A DNA stretch of 64,000 bases from contig OY969926.1 in assembly GCA_963704645.1 (NCBI GenBank), forward strand, positions 1,202,569 to 1,266,568, written 5' to 3'. This document shows positions 48,623 to 56,438 of this stretch, piece by piece. How positions within the stretch are numbered: the stretch's first letter is position 1; each line of letters starts with the position of its first letter. This stretch comes from an uncultured bacterium (GTDB lineage Bacteria > Patescibacteriota > JACMRA01). The notes below the pieces were generated by a model. The model saw only the letters and a list, made by a program, of their open reading frames with translations, searched no databases and was not told where the DNA came from. Both the position numbers and the translations under genes were made by a program.

Positions 48623-51600
48623 TTAATGTTGAGTTTTTTTCCCAAAAGCATCAACTAATTTTATAATTTCATTATTATTCTTTTGTTTTTCACAGAGCCC
48701 CTCAAGGCTATCTTTAATTGTACTTGTTTCTAATTGTTTTTTATCTAATTTATTTATTAAATACTCAAAAGATGAAATTATTGGTTTCATACTATAACTA
48801 TCAGTCAACATAAAGAATTCATTTTTACAAAGCATACCAAGTAGATTTTCAAGTATGTTGTCAGTTTCTAAAGAATTTAGTCTTATTAAATTATCAAAGA
48901 AACTTTCATTCCCATATATCCTTATAAAATATTGATAAGGAGTATTTAAAACTTTTTCTAAAATTTCCTCACCCCAAAAATTATAAAACCTTTCAACCTC
49001 TTCTATATTTTGAGCTTTCTCAAGAGTGTCAAAAAACTTGTTAAAACTTGCTGTAGTTACAGTTTTTGCTTCTTGTCCTACAACTTGTAGGTTTTCTCTA
49101 AAGTATGAATTCTGCCATTCCAAGAGTAAACTAAAGTTATTTTTTAGTCGCTGTTTAGCTTTTACAGGATTAGGAATATTGGGCCGATCTAAAGTTTCAT
49201 TTCTTTCAATCTCATACCTGTATCCCTCTGCGTGAGATGCAAAAATATGGAGTAATTTTGATTTCAATACAATACTTTTATCCAAGTAGTCCGAATAAAT
49301 TGTTTCAAAAATACCATAATAAACATTCAAGTGGTTAATTATTTCAAGCGAAATGTTTTCTTTCTCTATTTTTTCATATTTAAACAGTTGTTTTACCAAT
49401 TCTACAAGATTTGTTTTATACAAGGGATTATATGCCATGCTCTTAGCACGGTTAAAAATAGACAAGGTCAATTCCGCCCTACCGTCAGATAATATATTGC
49501 TTTCGTTTAGAGTTTTACTAATAATATTATAAACTAAACCATCTTTAGCCCACATTTCATCTGTTATTCCATTGTACATAAAGCAATATAAAATTGCACT
49601 GCATCCAAGGTAGTCTTTCTTGCTAAATTCTTGAAGCATTATATTACCTATTTCTGTTTGAAAATCAGGCACTTTTTGATAAATCTTCAAACCCAACAAT
49701 ATCCAAATTAAACCTATATTAGTGTTAATAAGCAGTGATATTAGCTCATATCCACTGTTATTTTCTCTGTTACTTGTCCATCTTTTTTGATCATGCTGAG
49801 GGTCATTATAGTTACTTACAAGTTTGATTAACATGTTTTTTAATACAATCAATTGCCCCCCTCTAACACCGTCATTTCCAAGTAATTTTTCCCAGTAATT
49901 AACAACTCTTGCTACTAAGTCCTTTTTAAAATATTGTTTTTCTACAAGATTTATTGAGAATTGAAATTTTCTTTCGTCATCTAAATTAGACTGTACTATT
50001 CCATAAACAAGGTTGTATATCCATCTAAATATAATAACAGAATTATTTTGCCCTTCCTGAATACAAAGTGGTGGTTTTGAAAGCCAAATATCACAAATGT
50101 CTAGTAATTGTATTGCTAAATCTGGCTTTTCCTTAGCCATATTTTCTAACATTATTGGTACTGCTCTTTCTTCAGATTCAAATCCATATATTTTTAAACC
50201 ATTTATCAAGCAATCATATAATTTATCTTGCCACTCATCTAAACTAAAACCTAAATAATTTTCCCATTTACTGCCACCATTTTTTATTAGCTCTTCAATT
50301 TCATTTGTTTGCACAAAGTGACCTCCTTTATTCATTTTGTAACCTATCCAGTCACGAGACCATTCGTGTTCAATAGAATAATCTTCTAATTTGTTTTTTT
50401 CTTTTTGCCAATCTGAATAAGCTTTTAAAAATAGTTTCAATGTCTTTAGTTGCTCCCATTTTTGATCATGATAAGTTTTAAAAACAGTAAAATATACACC
50501 CTCTCGCTTATATATTTTTTCAGAAAGTAATTTTTCTATAAAAATATCTCTTTCTATTTGTGGTAAATTCAATATATACTGCTTTAAAAGGGTAAACCAT
50601 CTATATCGACCTTCTTGTTTTGTGATATCCTGTTTTATATCACTTTCGTTAAAACCAAAAGTAAAATTATCTTCTTTATATCCATTCAGAACAACATTTT
50701 TACTTTTAATAACCTTCAGATTTCTGTTAGGCTCAAAATTATCTAAAAATAAATCAGAAGAAAAATCATAATCTCTTAAAAATCCTAACAATACAATTTC
50801 TAACCACAAATCATTTTCAATATAAGTTGTTGGAATACTTTGTGAAAGAATTTTATATATATTATCACCAATATGTTCTAAATCATATTTTTCGCCTCTC
50901 CAACTCGACATTAAATCAGTATTTACATACTCTGCTTTCATCGGCTTGCCTTTAAGCAAAGCCTTAATAAAGGAAAGAACATTTTTTCTACTACTTTTAA
51001 TGTATTGTTCAGATTGATTAGCTTTAACCAAAAAGTCTGACGCAGTTACTTTTACATAACTATCTGATTCAGCTAGTTTAACTATTGTTTTTTGTAAATT
51101 ATCTGGTAGACCCTCAAAGTTTTGTTGAATTGCTAGAATGCAGCTATTCTTTAGAGGATTATAGGTAGTTTTATTGATTAAATCAGTAACAAATTGTTCA
51201 ACTTCTCTTTTTTGATCTTCTGTAGCTATAAGATAAAACTCTTTAAGCCAATTTAAAAATGCAAATTTCGCATTTATCCAGTCAATACCTCGTTGATTAT
51301 AATAGTTAGTTTCAGGGTCTAGTGTTTCTTGTTTTAAATCAAATCTTGTGACTATGTCTTTGATAAATTTAAACCAAAAAGGAGAATGCTCATTGATTAT
51401 AGAAGTCAGTACGCGGAATGTTTCATTTAAATCAATTGAACTAGCTTCACTTATAATTTGTTTGGTAAATTTTATTTGATTTTCTTCTGCAAGTATTTCA
51501 ATTAGCCTAGTAGAAATTTGTATTTTATCTATTTTTTTTTCTATTTTCTTAAAAGCCTCATAAAGACCTTTAATTGAAGATTCTACAGCTTGTTTTTTCA

Positions 51601-52267
51601 GTATATTTTCTTCCGTATTTTGAATTTTTTGCCTATTTATTTCTACTAATTTTATTACATTTGGATCGCTATACGATTCATAAGCAGCTTTAACTTGTGG
51701 AAAAATTATGTTATAAAAACTTTGCCTATCATTAGTTATTTTATTCCTTGAATTGAAGTAAATAGTGTACTCTAAATCTTCAAATTTTTTCTGTTTTCCC
51801 TTCCTCTCCCATTCTGCTTTTTCTTCATTAAAAATTTTTAGCCAATCCTCCCTACTTTTCCACTCATAAAAAATAACAAATTTTTCTTTATCACCATTTA
51901 CCCAGTACGCCACTATAAAAATAAAACCTTCCGTATAAGAAGCATATAGAGGTAAATGCCATAAAGGTACTGGTTTACTTGAACTAAATTTTTCATCATT
52001 GTTGTTCCACAACCAATTATCAATTTTATCACCAGTAATATTTGCATCATTTTTCCCCTTAACTTGACACATGAGACGATAACTGGCTTTTGAATTATCC
52101 GAATTACCATGATCAACTATTTGAATATAACCATCGTCCGCCAAGCCTTTATCAGTTTTATTTAATTGAAGCTTAAACAATTGCCCCTGTGAATATGGAT
52201 CGCAAAGAATATTTTCCACCATATTAACAGCTATTAATTCAATATTAGATGAATCTGATTGTGACAT
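48623..52267 (-). CDS. Large (1,214 aa) cytoplasmic protein: DUF4365-like (PD-(D/E)xK nuclease-like) N-terminal domain plus ~1,050-aa all-helical repeat region
   Basis: The N-terminal 'ELIAVNMVENIL....ADDGYIQIVD......YRLMCQVKGK' fits the DUF4365 pattern (E.iA...v..l ... D.GiDg.ie ... vQVKat). The rest is rich in helical heptad/HEAT-like segments. No P-loop (GxxxxGK[ST]) and no signal peptide was seen. Confidence 0.6.
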   Translation of the reverse strand: MSQSDSSNIELIAVNMVENILCDPYSQGQLFKLQLNKTDKGLADDGYIQIVDHGNSDNSKASYRLMCQVKGKNDANITGDKIDNWLWNNNDEKFSSSKPVPLWHLPLYASYTEGFIFIVAYWVNGDKEKFVIFYEWKSREDWLKIFNEEKAEWERKGKQKKFEDLEYTIYFNSRNKITNDRQSFYNIIFPQVKAAYESYSDPNVIKLVEINRQKIQNTEENILKKQAVESSIKGLYEAFKKIEKKIDKIQISTRLIEILAEENQIKFTKQIISEASSIDLNETFRVLTSIINEHSPFWFKFIKDIVTRFDLKQETLDPETNYYNQRGIDWINAKFAFLNWLKEFYLIATEDQKREVEQFVTDLINKTTYNPLKNSCILAIQQNFEGLPDNLQKTIVKLAESDSYVKVTASDFLVKANQSEQYIKSSRKNVLSFIKALLKGKPMKAEYVNTDLMSSWRGEKYDLEHIGDNIYKILSQSIPTTYIENDLWLEIVLLGFLRDYDFSSDLFLDNFEPNRNLKVIKSKNVVLNGYKEDNFTFGFNESDIKQDITKQEGRYRWFTLLKQYILNLPQIERDIFIEKLLSEKIYKREGVYFTVFKTYHDQKWEQLKTLKLFLKAYSDWQKEKNKLEDYSIEHEWSRDWIGYKMNKGGHFVQTNEIEELIKNGGSKWENYLGFSLDEWQDKLYDCLINGLKIYGFESEERAVPIMLENMAKEKPDLAIQLLDICDIWLSKPPLCIQEGQNNSVIIFRWIYNLVYGIVQSNLDDERKFQFSINLVEKQYFKKDLVARVVNYWEKLLGNDGVRGGQLIVLKNMLIKLVSNYNDPQHDQKRWTSNRENNSGYELISLLINTNIGLIWILLGLKIYQKVPDFQTEIGNIMLQEFSKKDYLGCSAILYCFMYNGITDEMWAKDGLVYNIISKTLNESNILSDGRAELTLSIFNRAKSMAYNPLYKTNLVELVKQLFKYEKIEKENISLEIINHLNVYYGIFETIYSDYLDKSIVLKSKLLHIFASHAEGYRYEIERNETLDRPNIPNPVKAKQRLKNNFSLLLEWQNSYFRENLQVVGQEAKTVTTASFNKFFDTLEKAQNIEEVERFYNFWGEEILEKVLNTPYQYFIRIYGNESFFDNLIRLNSLETDNILENLLGMLCKNEFFMLTDSYSMKPIISSFEYLINKLDKKQLETSTIKDSLEGLCEKQKNNNEIIKLVDAFGKKTQH

Positions 52268-52535
52268 AAATAAATTTTAATTTTAACTCTTACAAATTTT
52301 TCTAGCTTCGCTAATTAAAGTACTCCGAATTATAGGCACAATACATAATATTTCATCTAGCATAATTTGAATAAATGAAGTGTCTTATACCGCCAGTTGT
52401 CAATCAAATTCATTCCTTCTTTTAACTTTAAAAAGTCCTGACTTCAATACATCCTTTTTTTGAATGAATCTGGATATTCAGCAATAAAATTAGCAATCTC
52501 AGTATTTTTTCATAGTAATCTAATTTAACAGTAAT

Positions 52536-53174
52536 TTACTCAATCTTCCTAATACTTTCCAAACTACCAACCACCTCCACCACCCCAAAACTCCGCAAAG
52601 CCCTTCCGCCCAAACCTTCAAACACTTTACACACCCTAGCCGAGTCATCAACTAAAACACAGTTTGATATTTCCACACCCAAGCTTTCCGCTTTATCTAT
52701 AAAATACTGACCATTATTGGTAGTTTTAAAAATTCCTAAATTGTACGAATTTTCTATTTCATCAAAGCTTTCCATTAAAATTAAATTACTTGGTAAAGTA
52801 AATCTATCAAAACTATCCATGTTTCCAGTTGCTAGAATACAATAGTAATCTTTTCTTAATTCCTGAATTTTTTCTAAGACAGAAGTTGATATATCAATGT
52901 TTCTACAACCTCTTTCAAAAATTTCAAATAGCTCTGAAAATGGTACTCCAACTGCATTATTTAGAATTTCATGAATTTCTTCACTGGTGTATTTTCCAAG
53001 CATCCAGTCTTTTATAATTTCTGGCTTTTCTTTAAACAAAAAGTTCTCTATTGGTTGATGATAAGTATTTAGTGGATGAGCTTTATCTTCGAGATCTTTC
53101 CAAAAATTATCATAAGAAATTACTCCGTTAAAGTCTACAAATAGAATTGGCTTAATAATTTTATTGCTGTTCAT
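52536..53174 (-). CDS. HAD-like hydrolase (212 aa)
   Basis: Motif I-like 'ILFVDFNGVISY', then 'ILATGNMD', then motif IV-like 'CVLVDDSARV'. The internal ATG at 53174 (MNSNKII) is preferred over the listed 53201. Confidence 0.55.
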   Translation of the reverse strand: MNSNKIIKPILFVDFNGVISYDNFWKDLEDKAHPLNTYHQPIENFLFKEKPEIIKDWMLGKYTSEEIHEILNNAVGVPFSELFEIFERGCRNIDISTSVLEKIQELRKDYYCILATGNMDSFDRFTLPSNLILMESFDEIENSYNLGIFKTTNNGQYFIDKAESLGVEISNCVLVDDSARVCKVFEGLGGRALRSFGVVEVVGSLESIRKIE

Positions 53175-53224
53175 AACAAATACAAAATGTGCAGCAAGCA
53201 AGCATCTTTATGATATTTATAAAC

Positions 53225-53743
53225 CTAATTATCTTGAAGTGTTTTTAATAAAGCAAAATAGGCTGGTTTTGGTTTATAGTTTCGGTTGAATATATTAGGG
53301 TGGTAGTTTTCCATTTTACCTGGTACATTATCACCGTACCATATATGATTATCAGAAATATTCCAAACTGAAAAACCAGTACAGTTACTAGAAAGCATGC
53401 AGGAAAGCAAATAATTACTATAGGTATTAGCTTGCTTTTTTAGCTGCTCCTCTTTAGGCGAAGAAAGTTTATCTTCATAAAGAAGAACATCCATTTCTAT
53501 AATTCTAACCTTTAAACCTAGTTTTTGATATGCCTGAATAGTTTTATACATTGGGTAATTTTGAATATTATCTTTATTAAAAGCTTCTTTATCAAGCATT
53601 TTATTATTTGTAATATGAGACTGAATTCCTACTCTGTCTATGGGAACACCAGCCTTTAGTAAATTAGAGGCCATATAATACATATTTTTAGACTTTATAC
53701 TTCTGCTTTTATTTAGATTTGGCGAATTATACAAAAATAGCAC
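53225..53743 (-). pseudogene. Glycoside hydrolase family 10 (xylanase-like) C-terminal half only; N-terminal half missing
   Basis: 'GVPIDRVGIQSH', 'VRIIEMDV' (nucleophile region, compare ITELD), 'TGFSVWNISDNHIWY' and 'IFNRNYKPKPAYFAL' match the second half of GH10. The acid/base (..NE) half is missing. Only ~90 nt separate this ORF from the next gene. Confidence 0.55.
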
Positions 53744-53763
53744 CTAAAGTAATACTTTTTATT

Positions 53764-53792
53764 TTGACCAAAACACTTTAACAGGCAATAAT
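53764..53792 (+). promoter_or_regulatory. Conserved family promoter, copy 1 (TTGACC-N17-AATAAT)
   Basis: TTGACCaaaacactttaacaggcAATAAT. The same module occurs upstream of all four downstream family genes. Confidence 0.6.
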
Positions 53793-53836
53793 GGTTTAAA
53801 ATATCATTAAATAAATGATTAAAACAAAAACAAAAT

Positions 53837-56314
53837 ATGGAAAACTTAAAAAATAATAAAGTTCTGTTTATAAACAACATAAAAAAGCTTTTTAGAAATA
53901 AGGTGTTTTTAGTTTGTTTACTGATTGCACTGGTTGTTGGTAGCGTTTCTAGTGCATTGTATTTTGATAGAGAAAAAAAGGTTGCTAGGGCTAAAGATTC
54001 AATTTGTGCGTCCGCTGGGCAGACATTGGTATTAAAAATTACTTACACTATTCCTGCAAATACTGATACACAAACTAGCTATCTTGATCCAGGTGGTACG
54101 CCTGACCTTGTATCTGGTACAAATACTAATGTCGAACATTATTATTATTATGACTACGATCCCGTAAATGATGATCTTAAAAGAACCGGTACAAATTCTA
54201 CAGTGTTAAGCGGTCCTGCAGGTCCTTATTTTGGAGCTCATATTTATACGCTAAATGGAGGTGAGCCCGTAATTGGTCGACCTGGTAATCCGGATAAAGA
54301 ATTCTATATATACAATATTTCATTTACAAATCAACTTTTTGAAACATCTGGTCCTAATGATCTTACATCGAATATGAGGCTAATGCAACCATATGTAAGT
54401 ATGGGCTATTATAATCGCTCGCCAGACCCCAACAATCCTGGCCAGTTTATTACAGACCCCCAGCCTGTTTCAGTACCTGTTGTTCCAGATGTAGCCTTAA
54501 TATCATGCATTTCTGGAGACGCAGACAGTGATACCATTGCAGACACAATTGACAACTGCCCTGATGATCCTAATACTAACCAGCTAGACTCAGATAACGA
54601 TAGTGTTGGTAATGAATGTGACAACTGCCCTGCTGACCCCAACCCAGATCAAGCGGATACAGATAATGATGGAGTTGGTGATGCATGTGCTACTAATAAT
54701 AGTTCAAACCGCATCCTAGACTGCCGCCTACCCCCTGCAGGCAATCCTAGTTCAACCAATTATGATGAATGGACAAAAGTAGCACCAATCATAGTTCCAA
54801 ACTACGCTAGGCTTAATAGAGATATTTTTGGTCTCACAATGGACAGTGCTTCTAACTTGTATGTTTTAAATGCTCCTTCTAGAAGTTTGTATGGAGGTGG
54901 TGTAAGTGGTGTATCTACTCAAGATGCTTTGTATTCTTCTCCTATGAGTATGACTAAACTTACTCCTTCTACATCTAACAAGAATGTTCCTGGATCTGTA
55001 AGTGTTATTGACATCCCAGGTCTTAATGGAAGACCAATGGATTTGGATATGAAGTCTTTTAAAGGTACTGATGATAATATTTATGTTTATGGGTTGTATA
55101 AAGTTAATTCTAACCCCTTAGTTGGATCAAGCGATGTAGCTGGAGACGTAGCTGGTTTTATTGCTGTAGTTAATAAAGATACAGGAGCTAATACTTTACT
55201 AAGTAGTGATATTCCTGCAGGAGGATTTGAAAAAGCTTTTGCTGACATTGCTGTTAATAACCAAGGCCAAGTATTCTTCGATGATGTAAGAAGTGCTACC
55301 ACTCCAACTAATGTATACAGTTACCAACCAAGATTACAAGCTTCTGGTACTGTAGATGTAACTTTTATGGATTACGCAGATAATACTTTCTTCGATGTAG
55401 CTGCGGATAATAGTGGTAATGTGTATTCTTTGTTTACTGGTCAAAGTGATGTGTATAAAAATGCAACTCGTTTAAATCTAACCCTTCCTGCTAACGGCGA
55501 CGGAGGAGATATTGAAATTGCTGATGCAGATAATACATACAATACAAGCTTAACTGGAGATAATTACATTTACTATACTGCTGGAGATGGAAGCGGCAGT
55601 GGCCCAGCTTTAGTTAGAGTATCTCAGGGTGGCACACCAGAGCCAATAACTAGTAACAGTGACCCAGTAGATTCAAACTTCATAGCTTCTAATGTAGGAA
55701 GAATGGATAAAGTAATTTTAGATTTAGATAATCAAGTAATTTATTACAAAAATGGAAGTAGAACCGCTAATAACCCAGATCAGACTATTGGTAAGATTTA
55801 TTGCCCAGATCCAGCAAATCCAAACGAACCAAGACCTCCATTTGTACCACCAACCACAACTCCAGGTGGTGACCCGGATCAAATTATCTTTCTTGGAGGA
55901 GGTACTGGTGGAACTGGAAGTACAGGAACTACTACTGGAACAACAACGGGGACTACTACAACTGGAACGACCACGACTGGAAGTACAACTGGAGGAACAA
56001 CTGGTACTCCTAACCTAACCCTAGTTAAAACAAGTAGTGGTACTGGTAGTATTTTAAACCAAGGTCAGACTATTACTTATACTTTAACTGTTGGGAATAG
56101 TGGTGATGCAGCTTCATTACCTTTTATAGTAAATGACAATCTACCCTTAAATGTTACCTTCTCTGGCATAGGAACTTGTACTGCATCTTTCCCTGCTGGA
56201 ATTACTGTTTCTACTTGTAGTTATGATAGTGTAAATAGAAGGCTTACTTGGAATATTAGTAGTTTACCTGCTGGTAGTGGTGGTAATATTAGTTTTGCTG
56301 TGGTAGTGAATTAG
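53837..56314 (+). CDS. Secreted TSP3-repeat / propeller-like / Thr-Gly linker / DUF11 protein, family member 1 (825 aa)
   Basis: It has an N-terminal signal-anchor. The thrombospondin type-3 Ca-binding repeats read '[57 protein letters not shown]'. The C-terminal DUF11-like domain reads '[30 protein letters not shown]...L.W.ISSLPAG..G.ISFAVVV'. Confidence 0.8.
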   Translation: MENLKNNKVLFINNIKKLFRNKVFLVCLLIALVVGSVSSALYFDREKKVARAKDSICASAGQTLVLKITYTIPANTDTQTSYLDPGGTPDLVSGTNTNVEHYYYYDYDPVNDDLKRTGTNSTVLSGPAGPYFGAHIYTLNGGEPVIGRPGNPDKEFYIYNISFTNQLFETSGPNDLTSNMRLMQPYVSMGYYNRSPDPNNPGQFITDPQPVSVPVVPDVALISCISGDADSDTIADTIDNCPDDPNTNQLDSDNDSVGNECDNCPADPNPDQADTDNDGVGDACATNNSSNRILDCRLPPAGNPSSTNYDEWTKVAPIIVPNYARLNRDIFGLTMDSASNLYVLNAPSRSLYGGGVSGVSTQDALYSSPMSMTKLTPSTSNKNVPGSVSVIDIPGLNGRPMDLDMKSFKGTDDNIYVYGLYKVNSNPLVGSSDVAGDVAGFIAVVNKDTGANTLLSSDIPAGGFEKAFADIAVNNQGQVFFDDVRSATTPTNVYSYQPRLQASGTVDVTFMDYADNTFFDVAADNSGNVYSLFTGQSDVYKNATRLNLTLPANGDGGDIEIADADNTYNTSLTGDNYIYYTAGDGSGSGPALVRVSQGGTPEPITSNSDPVDSNFIASNVGRMDKVILDLDNQVIYYKNGSRTANNPDQTIGKIYCPDPANPNEPRPPFVPPTTTPGGDPDQIIFLGGGTGGTGSTGTTTGTTTGTTTTGTTTTGSTTGGTTGTPNLTLVKTSSGTGSILNQGQTITYTLTVGNSGDAASLPFIVNDNLPLNVTFSGIGTCTASFPAGITVSTCSYDSVNRRLTWNISSLPAGSGGNISFAVVVN

Positions 56315-56342
56315 AATTAAAAAAACAAAATTATGGAAGAAG

Positions 56343-56365
56343 GTGTAAGATTTATTTACACTTTT
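56343..56365 (+). terminator. Weak terminator hairpin overlapping the next promoter
   Basis: GTGTAA-gatttat-TTACAC followed by TTTT. An analogous hairpin (GTGTA...TACAC) precedes the promoter at 59031. Confidence 0.35.
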
Positions 56366-56392
56366 GACCAAAACATTTTAACAGGTAATAAT
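56364..56392 (+). promoter_or_regulatory. Conserved family promoter, copy 2
   Basis: TTGACCaaaacattttaacaggtAATAAT. Confidence 0.6.
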
Positions 56393-56438
56393 GGTATAAA
56401 ATATCATTAAATTAGTGATTGAAAACAAAAACAAAAGT

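Larger units (their letters stand above)
54705..56392 (+). repeat. 1,688-bp direct repeat, copy 1 (partner 59923-61610)
   Basis: The offset is 5,218 nt. The encoded 535+ aa are identical in the ORF track, nested ORF translations are identical, and all spot-checked nucleotides match. Identity starts at 54705/59923 and ends at 56392/61610, which is the end of the next gene's -10 box. Confidence 0.85.

Noticed and set aside
52268-52535. Short stop-interrupted reading frames on the minus strand in the 268-nt spacer upstream of the 1,214-aa gene, considered as a possible gene remnant.
   Set aside because: The fragments are shorter than 25 codons with no recognisable motif. The idea cannot be supported without a database search.
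55890-56000. Short-period GGTACT/ACTACT-type DNA repeats, also at about 58540-58665 and 61108-61218. They could be mistaken for a microsatellite or spacer-less repeat array.
   Set aside because: They are in frame and encode the Thr/Gly-rich linker ([18 protein letters not shown]...) of the TSP3/DUF11 proteins. They have no CRISPR-like repeat-spacer organisation. No CRISPR array was seen anywhere in the window.
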